Positions 1 to 11,135 of a stretch of 64,000 nt of DNA are shown one piece after another; positions within the stretch are counted from its first letter, which is position 1; each line of letters begins with the position of its first letter. Location: assembly GCA_965246715.1 (NCBI GenBank), contig CBDFFH010000002.1, forward strand, positions 224,001 to 288,000, written 5' to 3'. A program made the position numbers and the translations under genes. Below the pieces are notes generated by a model. That model saw nothing but the letters and a program-made list of their open reading frames with translations, ran no database searches and had not been told where the DNA came from. Source of the DNA: Chamaesiphon sp. GTDB taxonomy: Bacteria; Cyanobacteriota; Cyanobacteriia; Cyanobacteriales; Chamaesiphonaceae.

Positions 1-459
1 ACAGAACTTCAATGGAAAGATGACTTAAATCAGAAAAACAACCTTGGTCAAGAGAACACGCTGGTTGGGGTAATTAGTTCTCCAGCTAAATTTCAATTTT
101 CACTTCGCAACAGTGATTCAGTCGCCCGCCAGTTTAGATTTGAAATTGATACCTATACTTTACCAAAACTGATTACCTGTCCTCAACGTGAAGATTCCAA
201 ACAATCACCACAAAACACTGGTTCTCTGCGATTACAAACAATACGCGAACGTCACAATCGACAGAATTTTCCACTTCCGGAAGGTTGGAATGTCTCATTT
301 AACACTTCACAACCACTCTTACAACCAGGAGAAGAGATTGCAATCGATGTGTCTGCCGAAGCTCCCACTGGATTTCGTGGACGGCAGCCAATCAACTTAA
401 ACGTGTTTCATGAGGAAGGATTCTTCGGTGGAGTTACTCTTTATGCTGTAAGCCAATGA
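1..459 (+). CDS. Hypothetical protein, 3' part (runs in from the window edge)
   Basis: Frame 1 is open from base 1 (TELQWKDDLNQKNNLGQENTLVG...GGVTLYAVSQ*) to TGA at 457-459; RBS-like GAGG then ATG 469 follow. Confidence 0.75.
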   Translation, partial: TELQWKDDLNQKNNLGQENTLVGVISSPAKFQFSLRNSDSVARQFRFEIDTYTLPKLITCPQREDSKQSPQNTGSLRLQTIRERHNRQNFPLPEGWNVSFNTSQPLLQPGEEIAIDVSAEAPTGFRGRQPINLNVFHEEGFFGGVTLYAVSQ

Positions 460-468
460 GGTAATGAC

Positions 469-1632
469 ATGCAATGGACACAATGTGTATCACGTGACAA
501 GAAACAGTTTGATGGTGCTTTCTTGTCAGTACTAGCAGGGCTAGGAATATATGGAGGTATCGCTGCTTTTGCATCGCTCTTGCTCTCCCTTGCCGGAGGA
601 TTTGCAATTGCCTTTGCGGTTATTGGTGGAGTTTTAGGCTACTGTCGTTGGTGGCTTTACGATCGCCTCGTCTGCCTTGGTGGTGAAAAAACAGTTGTTG
701 GCTTTCTACTCAGTGTTTCTACTCCACAGGAAAAAACCGGATTAGATAGTTTTGACACAGACTATAGTTTGAACATCGTTTTGCAACCACATCAAGAACA
801 CTGGATTGGACATATTAAAGAAAAGGATGATGACAAAAATGCTAAATGGGTTCCAACTAAAGACGCTCCACAAGACATATTTTTGAAGAAACAGTCATCT
901 CTCAAAGATAAAGACCAATTTCAAGGTGAGTTTTCTGTCCGACCATCTACGGCAAAAGAGCGGAAACGATTAGAAGAAGAATTGAGTAATCTGCGAAATA
1001 GTGTTTCATCAGGTGTTGGAACTGTTGATGTGGATATTGCCAATCGTATAAAGGCAATCGAAGCACGAATTACTGAATTAGATCGAACAAAAACAGAAGT
1101 AATGCACTGTGAATTTGAAGGAGCTGGGGTTTATGAACTCTACCAATATCTAAAAGCAGCATCCGTCGTCGCGGCGATTGGGGCAGTTGGATGTTCCATC
1201 CCAATTATTGGTTGGATTGTTTGTGCGATCGCTGCGGTAGTTTTGGCAATTTTGGTAATAGTTGGTATTGTAACTGGACTCAATGCCACCGCTAAACCCA
1301 TTGTAGATAAACTTCCAACTGGAGAATTAATGCCGTTTGACGGGCAAACTGCCGACCTATTACTTGTTCGTGGTGAATGGGTTTATGACAGCGCACATGA
1401 GGGCTGGAATGAAATCCACCCAATTCGAGAATGTCGATGGATCGGTAAGTGGTCAACAACAGATAACGGTGGTGAACCAATACCTACAGACAAGTGGACG
1501 GATGGCATTAATAATGCAAATGATCCAACAACGCGGAGTAACCAAGAACAACCTCAAAATCAGTGGCTGATTCACCCTAAGATCGATGGTTGCATTTTGA
1601 GTGATGAACCGGAAGGACCGATCATCCGTTGA
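469..1632 (+). CDS. Hypothetical membrane protein (387 aa)
   Basis: Long ORF with two hydrophobic hairpins, a central coiled coil and a C-terminal GEWVYDSAHEGWNEIHP motif. Confidence 0.8.
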   Translation: MQWTQCVSRDKKQFDGAFLSVLAGLGIYGGIAAFASLLLSLAGGFAIAFAVIGGVLGYCRWWLYDRLVCLGGEKTVVGFLLSVSTPQEKTGLDSFDTDYSLNIVLQPHQEHWIGHIKEKDDDKNAKWVPTKDAPQDIFLKKQSSLKDKDQFQGEFSVRPSTAKERKRLEEELSNLRNSVSSGVGTVDVDIANRIKAIEARITELDRTKTEVMHCEFEGAGVYELYQYLKAASVVAAIGAVGCSIPIIGWIVCAIAAVVLAILVIVGIVTGLNATAKPIVDKLPTGELMPFDGQTADLLLVRGEWVYDSAHEGWNEIHPIRECRWIGKWSTTDNGGEPIPTDKWTDGINNANDPTTRSNQEQPQNQWLIHPKIDGCILSDEPEGPIIR

Positions 1633-1689
1633 CCAATTACTTTTCAACCTTTTTCTAAATAGTTTTAGACTTACAAATAGGAGATTTTA

Positions 1690-1911
1690 ATGTACACACT
1701 CATTCGTTCACTGCCATTAAATCGCTTGGTTTCAGAACAACTACCCACATTTGTAGTTTCATTTGCAATAGCAGAAACGTTCTACAAATTTCACAGTTTT
1801 ACTTTGGAATGTGGAGCCTTTTTGCTAACTTGGTTTGTCTTCGATGGTTTAATCCAGATTGGATTAAGACTACTTCGAGCTAATCGAACTCACCAGGGTG
1901 AACGCACTTAA
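1690..1911 (+). CDS. Small membrane protein; C-terminus altered by the ISAs1 insertion
   Basis: AGGAG RBS, hydrophobic ORF; removing the IS gives ...ANRTHR* instead of ...ANRTHQGERT*. Confidence 0.7.
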   Translation: MYTLIRSLPLNRLVSEQLPTFVVSFAIAETFYKFHSFTLECGAFLLTWFVFDGLIQIGLRLLRANRTHQGERT

Positions 1912-3381
1912 ATTTCCTACTATTTAAAATCCTCGCAAATCAGTTGCAGATTTGAATTACGAAAAGTATGAAAGCTTTAATGGTAAACAAGTATAGCCAG
2001 TTAATTATGTTATATTTATTGGAAATTCAGATCGCGTCAAATGAAGCTAAAGCCAAGGCATAGTATCGCAGAACACTTTGGTGACATAAAAGACATTAGA
2101 ATTGAACGGGGGAAAAAACACAAACTAATCGATATTATCACGATCTCGATTTGTGCAGTAGTATGTGGAGCAGATGGATGGGAAGACATAGAGCTGTATG
2201 GCATCACCAGAAAAAAATGGCTGGAGGAATTTCTAGAATTACCGAATGGGATACCATCTCACGATACATTTGCACGGGTATTTTCACAAATTAATCCTGA
2301 AGAATTCAATAAATCTTTCCTGCATTGGATTAAAGGAATAAGTAAAATAACAGCAGGAGAGATAATCGCATTTGATGGAAAACAATCTCGAAATTCAAGA
2401 GACGAAAAAAATGGTAAAGGAGTAATTAATACGGTCAGTGCTTGGGCAGCAAGTAATAGATTAGTATTAGGACAAACAAAAGTCGAGAGTAAATCAAATG
2501 AAATTACTGCATTGCCTGAGTTGATTAATGCCTTAGATCTAGCTGGATGTATAGTGACAATTGATGCAATGGGATGTCAGCGAGAAATAGTCAAGAAAAT
2601 TGTCAAAAAAGAAGCAGATTATGTAATTGCTGTCAAAAAGAATCAACCAAGTTTATATGAAAGGGTAGAACAGCTATTCAAACAGGCGATTAAAACTCGT
2701 GGTGAAAGTCTGAAAACGCATAGCTTCAGCAGTAGAGAGATGAATAGAGGTAGAGAGGAAACTCGTAATTACCTAATGATATCAGACATTGCAACATCAA
2801 TAGATCCATTGCTAAAATGGCAAAATCTGACTAGTATTTGCATGGTAGAATCAGTTCGAGTTGTCAATGAAAAAACCAGCGTAGAAGCTCGTTATTTCAT
2901 CAGTAGCTTAGAAGATAATGTTGAAAAACTAGCAGAAGCAATCAGAGGTCATTGGTCGATAGAAAATTCACTCCATTGGGTACTTGATGTTATTTTCAAA
3001 GAAGACATTAGTCGAATTAGAAAAGATAATGCTCCAGCTAATTTTGCTGTTTTAAGACATATAGCAGTTAATATAATGAGTCAGAACAAGAGTCGAAAAC
3101 TAAGTGTTAGGAAGAAGCGATTTCTTGCGAGCCTTGATGAAGAATATTCGCGCGAACTTCTAGAGGCTATTTTAGCCTAAATTTAACTAACCCCAGAGTA
3201 TGAATTTGGCTAAATATCTTTAGCCGCACTTTTGCCGGACTAAATTGAGTTAATTTAACCTCGTCTTTGGTTTCGATTTTATTGATATTGTCGTAATTGT
3301 AGTTAAGCAATCGAATATCATTAATCGCCTATTTTAGTGGCTCTCGATCGAAATAAATCCTGTTTTGATGCGTTCACCCTG
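1894..3381 (+). mobile_element. ISAs1-family insertion sequence
   Basis: 13-bp perfect terminal IR CAGGGTGAACGCA (1894) / TGCGTTCACCCTG (3369-3381); 10-bp TSD TCGAACTCAC at 1884-1893 and 3382-3391. Confidence 0.93.
2041..3180 (+). CDS. ISAs1-family (H-repeat) DDE transposase
   Basis: Motifs GIPSHDTFARVF, IAFDGK, KSNEITA, TIDAMGCQ, HWSIENSLHWVLDV. Confidence 0.95.
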   Translation: MKLKPRHSIAEHFGDIKDIRIERGKKHKLIDIITISICAVVCGADGWEDIELYGITRKKWLEEFLELPNGIPSHDTFARVFSQINPEEFNKSFLHWIKGISKITAGEIIAFDGKQSRNSRDEKNGKGVINTVSAWAASNRLVLGQTKVESKSNEITALPELINALDLAGCIVTIDAMGCQREIVKKIVKKEADYVIAVKKNQPSLYERVEQLFKQAIKTRGESLKTHSFSSREMNRGREETRNYLMISDIATSIDPLLKWQNLTSICMVESVRVVNEKTSVEARYFISSLEDNVEKLAEAIRGHWSIENSLHWVLDVIFKEDISRIRKDNAPANFAVLRHIAVNIMSQNKSRKLSVRKKRFLASLDEEYSRELLEAILA

Positions 3382-3484
3382 TCGAACTCACCGATAATTG
3401 GCATAACACAACCATTAAAAATAGATTGACTCATTAAAAATCGAGATGAGATCGAATTAATTTGGGACTTTCACGAAAAACAAG

Positions 3485-3520
3485 TTTTTGGACTGAGGCT
3501 TAACACCCCAGTCCAAAAAA
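3485..3520. terminator. Bidirectional intrinsic terminator, immediately downstream of the orphan glutamate synthase 3' copy
   Basis: TTTTTGGACTGAGG-loop-CCCCAGTCCAAAAAA hairpin with T/A tails. Confidence 0.7.
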
Positions 3521-3530
3521 TTCAACCAAT

Positions 3531-3753
3531 CTAACTCCCGCCAATTCGAGCAACATCGCGAGAATTCTCCTCAAAAGCAGCATCGAGCGCATCATCGCCA
3601 CTCAACCCCGAAGCCAGCGCATTCTGGATCGCTTGCAACACCCGTTTATAGTCACGCGGCATCACCTTCACAAACTTGGGTACCATCTCATCCCAGTTGG
3701 CTAGCACCTCTGTTGCTTTCTGACTCTTGGTATATTGAGCGTGTTGCTCGATC
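3531..3753 (-). pseudogene. Orphan diverged copy of the last ~74 codons of glutamate synthase
   Basis: Direct repeat of ~5245-5467 encoding ...[47 protein letters not shown]; differences are mostly at third codon positions. Confidence 0.9.
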
Positions 3754-3757
3754 TCAT

Positions 3758-4165
3758 TTAGCTAACAAAAACTTGAGGTGTAACAATTGGGATACCCCTG
3801 AAAGGATGAAGCACAAGCAAATCAGCATCATCACTGACAATACATCCAGCACCACCACTCACAGCCAATTCGAGAAACTTGTTGTCCTTCGAGTCACGGC
3901 AATCAGTAACAACTTCCGTAACTTCAACAATCATTGCATCATTTACAAATTTAGATAGAAATTGTAACCGCTCATCCTCTGAAATATAACGATTGAACTT
4001 GGGACGGCGCAACACATTATCAAGTTCAACTAGAATAGCATCAGACACTAAAACAGTGCCGAGAAAGAAGGCTAGATCGAATGCTTACCGAGGCACAGAA
4101 CATGGTGATAATACAGCACTGACAATCACATTGGTATCCAAGACAAATGTCTTACTACTCGTCAC
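3758..4165 (-). pseudogene. PIN-domain toxin with premature stop
   Basis: GTG 4165 MTSSKTFVLDTNVIVSAVLSPCSVPR*AFD...; in-frame TAA at 4085-4087; downstream CRDSKDNKFLELA...SDDADLL PIN motif. Confidence 0.85.
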
Positions 4166-4385
4166 CAAGCAAAGTCTCCAAAATTTGAGGTGTTAGCCCC
4201 CGCGCTTCCGCCTTTGCCCCAATATCATCCATGATTTGTTGCAATGAAACGTCAGATGGAGCGAATAGTTCGCGAACATGCAACGATAGAAGCAACTGGA
4301 TCTTCTGTTGTTGCTCTGCTGATGCTTGGCTATATGCAAGAGCCGTAGGGACATCGACAGGAATAGAAATCGTAGTATTTGTCAT
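4155..4385 (-). CDS. Putative antitoxin of the PIN toxin
   Basis: Small ORF overlapping the toxin start; ends ...KAEARGLTPQILETLLGDE. Confidence 0.7.
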   Translation of the reverse strand: MTNTTISIPVDVPTALAYSQASAEQQQKIQLLLSLHVRELFAPSDVSLQQIMDDIGAKAEARGLTPQILETLLGDE

Positions 4386-4532
4386 CACTGCTCTCCTTAA
4401 TTTCAAATGAATGGAAATTGCTAACAGAAGAGCAATATTACCCATCAACCTGCTCTTATCTCACTCTATGTCTTGATTATAGCTTTAGACTGTTAGGCTC
4501 GGATTAACGGCTCTATCTCGATCTAGATTCGT

Positions 4533-4862
4533 TTAAAAATTTGGTTTGACGTGCTTAGTCCAGACTTCCATCAAAGCTCTAGCATCACTCGATGATAATT
4601 CCCCTAATTTTCTAATCAATAACGATCGCTCTAGACAATCGAGACGGGACAATCGCACAGTCGAAGCAACCCGCAATCCACAGATCTCCCAGTCAATTAA
4701 CACCACATCTGTTTGAGTCCTTGGTTTAGATGAAGTTACCGCTGCTACCACAACATCATCTCCATCAATCCAGAGGATTAAAACAGGTCTTTTTTTAGAT
4801 GCTGAACCATCGGTGAAAGTTATTTCAGCTATCCATAATTCACCTGCTTTAACAGTCATCAT
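4533..4862 (-). CDS. PemK/MazF-family toxin
   Basis: GELWIAEITFTDGSASKKRPVLIL motif. Confidence 0.85.
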   Translation of the reverse strand: MMTVKAGELWIAEITFTDGSASKKRPVLILWIDGDDVVVAAVTSSKPRTQTDVVLIDWEICGLRVASTVRLSRLDCLERSLLIRKLGELSSSDARALMEVWTKHVKPNF

Positions 4863-5118
4863 AGAGCTTATCATCTTCTGAACTGTAGCTATTTAGAAAG
4901 GCATCATGAGTACGAATGGAACCTGTCGAATTCGGTTGAATGGCAATCCGATCGATTAAATCCAGCACATCTTGTTCTACAGTGCGCGAGGGTAGGGAGT
5001 TGAGAACATCGCGATCTGCCAAGTCAATAATTTCTGAGATATATCGACGGACTCGATCGGATATTTCTGGTTTCCACTCTTGCAATTTAATTCCTAATCT
5101 CTCAGCCAGGGCATCCAT
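4849..5118 (-). CDS. Putative antitoxin upstream of the PemK toxin
   Basis: Small acidic ORF overlapping the toxin start; start codon uncertain (5118 or 5130). Confidence 0.65.
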   Translation of the reverse strand: MDALAERLGIKLQEWKPEISDRVRRYISEIIDLADRDVLNSLPSRTVEQDVLDLIDRIAIQPNSTGSIRTHDAFLNSYSSEDDKLYDDC

Positions 5119-5244
5119 CGGTATCTCCATTGCAGATGATGAAACATCTCTATTTTGCCAAGTTTGTGACAACATCACAAGTAATAGGAGCAATACTCTT
5201 GGACTATTCTATTGGCATTGCTCCACTCGATCCCCCATATTTAT

Positions 5245-8200
5245 CTAACTCCCCCCAATTCGAGCCACATCGCGGGAATTCTCTTCAAAAGCAGCATCGA
5301 GCGCATCATCACCACTCAAACCCGAAGCCAGCGCATTCTGAATCGCTTGCAACACCCGTTTATAGTCACGCGGCATCACCTTCACAAACTTCGGCACCAT
5401 TTCATCCCAATTCGCTAGAACTGCGATCGCTTTCTGACTCTTGGTATATTGAGCGTGTTTGGAGATCGAATCCTTCAACTTACCAATCTCTTCAGCATCA
5501 CTCAGAGTTTCCAAACCCACCATCTGAGTATTGCAGCGTGTCGGGAAATCACCCTGCTCGTCGAGGATATAAGCAACACCGCCACTCATCCCCGCCGCGA
5601 AATTGCGTCCGGTTTTACCCAAGACGATGACTTGTCCGCCTGTCATGTATTCACAACCATGATCGCCGATTGATTCTACAATCGCACTCACCCCAGAGTT
5701 ACGGACACAGAAACGTTCGCCAGCCATGCCGTTGATGTAGATTTCGCCGCTGGTGGCTCCGTAGAGGGCGACGTTGCCGACGATGACGTTTTCGGCGGCG
5801 ATGAAGGTGGATTTGGGCGAGGGATAGAGGATGATTTTACCGCCGCTGAGTCCTTTGCCGATGTAGTCGTTGGCATCACCTTCGAGTTCGAGGGTGACTC
5901 CTTGGGGAATAAATGCACCGAAGCTTTGTCCAGCACTACCTTGGAATTTGAGGTGGACGGTATCGGCGGGGAGTCCGTGCCAGTGGTTTTTGGTGATTTC
6001 GTTACCGAGAATGGTGCCGACGGCGCGGTTGACGTTGCAGATGGGGAGGGTGGCTTTGGTTGGTGTGCCATCAAGAATCGAGTCTTGGCACAGGTCTAAT
6101 AAAGTAGTAATATCGAGCGATTTGTCAAGTCCATGATCTTGGGAAATCTGTTGATAGCGTCCGACTTCTGCTCCAGCTTCCGGCTGGTAGAGGAGGTTGG
6201 AGAGGTCGATATTTTTGGCTTTCCAATGGGCGATCGCTTGTTTGGATTCCAGGATATCGGTGCGCCCGACCATTTCGTTGAGGGTACGGAAGCCGAGGGT
6301 TGCCATGATTTCCCGTAAGTCTTGGGCGATAAACCGCATGAAATTGACGGTGTGGGCGGGATCTCCGGTATAGGTGGCGCGGAGTTCGGGGTTTTGGGTG
6401 GCGATTCCGGCGGGACAGGTATTCAGATGGCAGACGCGCATCATAATACAGCCGAGGGTGACTAGCGGGGCGGTGGAGAAGCCGAATTCTTCGGCACCTA
6501 GCAGGGCGGCGATGGCGATGTCCCGTCCGGTTTTGAGTTGTCCGTCGGTTTCGACGACGATCCGGCTGCGGAGGTTATTCAGGACGAGGGTTTGGTGGGT
6601 TTCGGCGAGTCCGAGTTCCCAGGGGAGTCCGGCGTGTTTGATTGAGGTTTGGGGCGATGCTCCGGTACCGCCGTCGAAGCCGGAGATTAGTACTACATCG
6701 GCGTGGGCTTTGGCGACTCCGGCGGCGATCGTGCCGACTCCGACTTCGGATACTAGTTTGACGTTGATTCGGGCTTCCCGATTGGCGTTTTTGAGATCGT
6801 GGATTAGTTCGGCGAGATCTTCGATCGAGTAGATATCGTGGTGCGGTGGTGGTGAAATTAGCCCTACACCTGGGGTAGAGTGACGGACTTTGGCAATCCA
6901 GGGATAAACTTTTTTACCTGGGAGTTGTCCGCCTTCACCTGGTTTGGCTCCCTGTGCCATTTTGATTTGGATTTCTTTGGCTTGGGAGAGGTAGAGGCTG
7001 GTGACACCGAATCGTCCCGATGCGACTTGTTTGATGCCGCTATTTTTGGAGTCGCCGAGTTCGTTCGTCCAGGTGTAGCGTTCGGGATCTTCGCCGCCTT
7101 CGCCTGTGTTGGATTTACCGCCGATTCGGTTCATGGCGATCGCCAGTCCTTCATGTGCTTCACTAGAGATCGAGCCGTAGCTCATCGCGCCTGTTTTAAA
7201 GCGTTTGAGGATATTCTCGATCGGTTCTACTTCTTCAATGGGGATGGCTGTTTGCGGTTTAAAATCTAACAATCCGCGCAGGGTGAAGTGTTTTTTATCC
7301 TGCTCGTTAATCAGCTTGGCGTATTTTTGATAGATGTCGTATTTACCCGTCCGCGCCGCCTGTTGAAGCAAGTGAATACTTTCGGGGCTGAATAGATGCT
7401 CTTCACCATCTTTGCGCCACTGATAATCACCACCGACATCTAGTGTCGCACCTTTGGCTGGTCGATCGGGGAAAGCGTGAGTATGACGGGTAATCGTTTC
7501 TTGGGTAATTATGCCGACATCAGCACCTTCAATTCGCGAGGCGGTGCGGGTAAAGTATTTATCGATCGTGGCTTGATTTAAACCAACAGCTTCAAAAATC
7601 TGGGCACCACGATAACTCTGAATTGTCGAAATCCCAATCTTCGAGGCAACTTTAGTTACGCCTTTAGTGGCGGCTTTGATATAGTTTTTGACAGCAGTAG
7701 GATAGTCAACATCAAGCAACATTTTCTGAGCGATTAAATCCTCGATCGTCTCGAATGCCAAGTAAGGATTAATCGCTCCACAACCATAACCAATCAACGT
7801 CGCAAAGTGATGAACTTCACGGGGTTCGCCAGATTCTAATACCAATCCGACGCGGGTGCGGGTACCAGTGCGAATTAGATGGTGATGTAAGCCAGCAACC
7901 GCTAATAGTGCAGGGATGGGCGCAGTTTCAGGATTAACACCGCGATCGCTCAAAATTAGGATACTAATACCGGACTCGATCGCTTTATCTGCCGCTGCAA
8001 AAATGACATCTAAGGCTGCTTCCAGACCTTTCACCCCATCGTTAGGGTTGAATAGCATGGGGATAGTAACAGAACTAAATCCACCTTCATTCAGGTGCTT
8101 TAACTTCGCAAGTTCAGCATCACTTAAAATTGGCGATTTAAGGGCGATTAAATGACAACTTTCGGGTTCTGGTTTGAGTAAATTCCGCTCAGATCCGATC

Positions 8201-9888
8201 GTTGTTTGGGCAGAAGTGATAATTTCTTCGCGAATTGAATCGATCGGGGGATTGGTAACTTGAGCAAATAACTGTTGGAAATAATCGTAGAGTAATTTTG
8301 GTCGATCGGACAACACCGCCAACGGTGTATCAGTCCCCATCGAACCCGTTGCTTCCACACCATCCCGCGCCATCGGCGTAATCAGCATCCGCAACTCTTC
8401 AAAGGTATAGCCGAAAGCCATCTGACGTTGGAGAATCCCCCCTAGCCCCCCTTGGGAAGGGGGGGACAAGAGAGACTCTGCTCCGGCTCCCCCCTTATTA
8501 AGGGGGGTTGGGGGGGATTCAGGATCTGCGATGTCCTCCAGCCTGACTAAATGCTCGTCCAACCACGCCTGATAAGGATGTGCGCTAGTAATCTCATGCT
8601 TGATTTCCGCATCGCTCACAATCCGCCCAGCGACAGTATCCACCATGAACATCTTCCCTGGCTCCAACCGTCCCTTCGCCACCACCTGCTCCGGCGGAAT
8701 CGTCAGCACACCCGCTTCCGATGCCATAATCACCAGATCGTCAGTCGTCACATAGTATCGCCCTGGACGCAAACCATTCCGATCGAGTACCGCCCCGATC
8801 GAGCTACCATCAGTAAAGGCGATCGAAGCTGGGCCATCCCACGGCTCCATCAAGCAAGAATGGTACTCATAAAACGCCTTCTTCGCCGCGCTCATCGACT
8901 CATGCGCCGTCCACGGTTCGGGCACCATCATCATCATCGCATGGGGCAAACTGCGACCGGAAAGCGTCAATAATTCCAGGGCATTATCAAAAATTGTTGA
9001 GTCACTACCATCGACATTAATTGCAGGTTTAATCTTCTGAATATCGTCGCCGAATAAATCCGACGCAAACAGCGACTGCCGCGCCGTCATCCAGTTAATA
9101 TTGCCGCGCATGGTATTGATTTCACCATTGTGGGCGATGTAGCGATAGGGATGCGCCCGCTCCCAACTAGGGAAAGTATTGGTACTAAACCGCGAATGCA
9201 CCAACGCCAACGCGCTCTCCATGTCTGGATCTTGGAGTTCGGGGAAATATTGCCCCACCTGCACGGGCATCAACATCCCCTTATACACAATCGTCCGTGC
9301 CGATATACTCGCTACATACCAATGCACATCGACATTCGCCGCCCTAATTGCCGTATGCGCCAGCTTGCGAATCACAAATAACTTCCGCTCGAATGCTAAT
9401 TCATCCGCTAATTCCGGCGATTTGGCAATAAATACCTGCTGCATAAACGGTTCACTCGATTTCGCCGTCTCACCCAAGGAACCATTATCCGTCGGCACAT
9501 CCCGCCAACCCAATACCTTCAAGCCTTCCGCCGCCACAACTTCCGCGAAAATCTGACGACTTTTCGATCGAATCGCTGGATCTGGCGAACCATACACCGC
9601 CCCAACTCCATACTGTCCCGCTGCGGGTAATTCAATCCCTTCAGCAGTCGCCACCTTCTGCATAAACTTGTGAGGCACCTGCATCAAAATCCCCGCCCCA
9701 TCACCTGTATTTGTCTCGCATCCGCACGCGCCACGATGGTCGAGATTAACCAATATCGTCAGTGCTTGCGCCACAATCTGATGCGACTTCGCCCCTTTCA
9801 TCTGCGCGATCAAACCGATACCGCAAGCATCGTGCTCAAACTGCGGATCGTATAAACCTTGTTTGCTGGGTGGTTGAATGGTATTCAT
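5245..9888 (-). CDS. gltB: Glutamate synthase large subunit
   Basis: HDACGIG Ntn amidotransferase start, [34 protein letters not shown] 3Fe-4S motif, GXGXG C-terminal domain. Confidence 0.97.
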   Translation of the reverse strand: MNTIQPPSKQGLYDPQFEHDACGIGLIAQMKGAKSHQIVAQALTILVNLDHRGACGCETNTGDGAGILMQVPHKFMQKVATAEGIELPAAGQYGVGAVYGSPDPAIRSKSRQIFAEVVAAEGLKVLGWRDVPTDNGSLGETAKSSEPFMQQVFIAKSPELADELAFERKLFVIRKLAHTAIRAANVDVHWYVASISARTIVYKGMLMPVQVGQYFPELQDPDMESALALVHSRFSTNTFPSWERAHPYRYIAHNGEINTMRGNINWMTARQSLFASDLFGDDIQKIKPAINVDGSDSTIFDNALELLTLSGRSLPHAMMMMVPEPWTAHESMSAAKKAFYEYHSCLMEPWDGPASIAFTDGSSIGAVLDRNGLRPGRYYVTTDDLVIMASEAGVLTIPPEQVVAKGRLEPGKMFMVDTVAGRIVSDAEIKHEITSAHPYQAWLDEHLVRLEDIADPESPPTPLNKGGAGAESLLSPPSQGGLGGILQRQMAFGYTFEELRMLITPMARDGVEATGSMGTDTPLAVLSDRPKLLYDYFQQLFAQVTNPPIDSIREEIITSAQTTIGSERNLLKPEPESCHLIALKSPILSDAELAKLKHLNEGGFSSVTIPMLFNPNDGVKGLEAALDVIFAAADKAIESGISILILSDRGVNPETAPIPALLAVAGLHHHLIRTGTRTRVGLVLESGEPREVHHFATLIGYGCGAINPYLAFETIEDLIAQKMLLDVDYPTAVKNYIKAATKGVTKVASKIGISTIQSYRGAQIFEAVGLNQATIDKYFTRTASRIEGADVGIITQETITRHTHAFPDRPAKGATLDVGGDYQWRKDGEEHLFSPESIHLLQQAARTGKYDIYQKYAKLINEQDKKHFTLRGLLDFKPQTAIPIEEVEPIENILKRFKTGAMSYGSISSEAHEGLAIAMNRIGGKSNTGEGGEDPERYTWTNELGDSKNSGIKQVASGRFGVTSLYLSQAKEIQIKMAQGAKPGEGGQLPGKKVYPWIAKVRHSTPGVGLISPPPHHDIYSIEDLAELIHDLKNANREARINVKLVSEVGVGTIAAGVAKAHADVVLISGFDGGTGASPQTSIKHAGLPWELGLAETHQTLVLNNLRSRIVVETDGQLKTGRDIAIAALLGAEEFGFSTAPLVTLGCIMMRVCHLNTCPAGIATQNPELRATYTGDPAHTVNFMRFIAQDLREIMATLGFRTLNEMVGRTDILESKQAIAHWKAKNIDLSNLLYQPEAGAEVGRYQQISQDHGLDKSLDITTLLDLCQDSILDGTPTKATLPICNVNRAVGTILGNEITKNHWHGLPADTVHLKFQGSAGQSFGAFIPQGVTLELEGDANDYIGKGLSGGKIILYPSPKSTFIAAENVIVGNVALYGATSGEIYINGMAGERFCVRNSGVSAIVESIGDHGCEYMTGGQVIVLGKTGRNFAAGMSGGVAYILDEQGDFPTRCNTQMVGLETLSDAEEIGKLKDSISKHAQYTKSQKAIAVLANWDEMVPKFVKVMPRDYKRVLQAIQNALASGLSGDDALDAAFEENSRDVARIGGS
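8433..8520. repeat. Palindromic G/C-run repeat element inserted in frame in glutamate synthase
   Basis: GAATCCCCCC...GGGGGGATTC termini enclosing CCCCCCTTGGGAAGGGGGG and CCCCCCTTATTAAGGGGGG hairpins; translated as [28 protein letters not shown]. Confidence 0.8.
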
Positions 9889-10134
9889 TTAGGATCGGCT
9901 TAGAAATTGTGATGTAAGGTATCCCAGGATTTGACACGAGATGGGTACTCTACCTAGCCTTATATTTTCTAACCTATTCCCGCGATCGGGTGTCCCCCGA
10001 TACAAAAGTTTGCCCTCTGATACAAATATTTAAGGATGCGGGATGTTGACCTGGGAGACTCGTTTGAGTTATGTTTGTAACAATAATTAAAACTCACTTG
10101 TAAAATTAAATATCTTTTAAATCTGGATGAAAAT

Positions 10135-10434
10135 ATGAATATATTTATCAGCATTATTGCAACTGGGTTTGTGATATCGGTAATTTTGTTCGGATTAATG
10201 AGTTGGGCAAATGTTAGAAAGTGGCGTTCGTGGCTGACACTTGAAATGTATTGGGATCGTTATCCTAATTGTCACACTGATAATGGAACGAAGTGTTTCA
10301 ATTGCGGATCTCGCAACATTCATATGTTGGGCTGGAACCCAAAAGCTAAATCCCAAAACCAAAACCAAAAAATTCATCGATGTATGCAGTGCAACACTTT
10401 CCTTTACCGTACCGGAACTCATGATTTTTGGTAG
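10135..10434 (+). CDS. Hypothetical protein with N-terminal TM helix and zinc-ribbon-like CxxC pairs
   Basis: Hydrophobic N-terminus; CFNC and CMQC. Confidence 0.65.
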   Translation: MNIFISIIATGFVISVILFGLMSWANVRKWRSWLTLEMYWDRYPNCHTDNGTKCFNCGSRNIHMLGWNPKAKSQNQNQKIHRCMQCNTFLYRTGTHDFW

Positions 10435-10598
10435 CTCGGTTAGTGAAAATGATCGAGATGTAAAATTATAAGTTAAATTGTTCATTCGGTCATTTTCCGA
10501 TCCAACTTCTGCCGCATATCCCGTTCGCATAGAGTCGGCTTTGCCAAAAAGAACTCTCACCATGTAATTTATTCTAAGCTGCCTAATATTTTATCGTC

Positions 10599-11135
10599 AT
10601 GAATGTAATGTCTGTTTCTCAATACACTAATGTTTTTTATATTCTGATTTTGATTAGTTTATTTGCTCATATTAAACCAGCTCTATCTCAACAGCGAACC
10701 TGTGTCATTAATGATGATGGAGCCACCATATGTGGCAAGCCAACAACTGTAAAAAAAGAAACCAAGAAACCTCAAAGTACAGGATACCGAAAAGAGATTA
10801 ATAATTTTGTCTTGTTATTAAAAAAATGTAAAAGATCGGACACAAATGTAAAATGCGATCTGGTAGTTACAAATAAAGGGGCAGAAAGAGAATTGTCTCT
10901 AAATCCGGCATTTATTAAGATTATTGATTCTGCGGGGAAATCTCATCAATGTCAAACAGTAGAATTTGGAAGCGGTGATGTAACTGCAAAAATAACTCCA
11001 GGTGTCGAGTATGCTGCAACTCTTAATTTTGGGAACATACCCGATCAAATATCACAGGCTCAAATTTTAGAGATAGATACAGGCGTTACTGGTGTTGGCG
11101 TTTTTCAGTTCCGCAAGGTTTATTTCACAAATTAA
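10599..11135 (+). CDS. Hypothetical secreted protein
   Basis: Signal-peptide-like N-terminus ending ALS-QQ; beta-rich remainder. Confidence 0.7.
   Translation: MNVMSVSQYTNVFYILILISLFAHIKPALSQQRTCVINDDGATICGKPTTVKKETKKPQSTGYRKEINNFVLLLKKCKRSDTNVKCDLVVTNKGAERELSLNPAFIKIIDSAGKSHQCQTVEFGSGDVTAKITPGVEYAATLNFGNIPDQISQAQILEIDTGVTGVGVFQFRKVYFTN

Noticed and set aside
188..400. 70-aa ORF from the track
   Set aside because: Out-of-frame overlap with the longer frame-1 ORF at 1-459
5449..9855. Many short ORFs overlapping gltB
   Set aside because: Shadow frames of a GC-rich gene with no recognisable motifs
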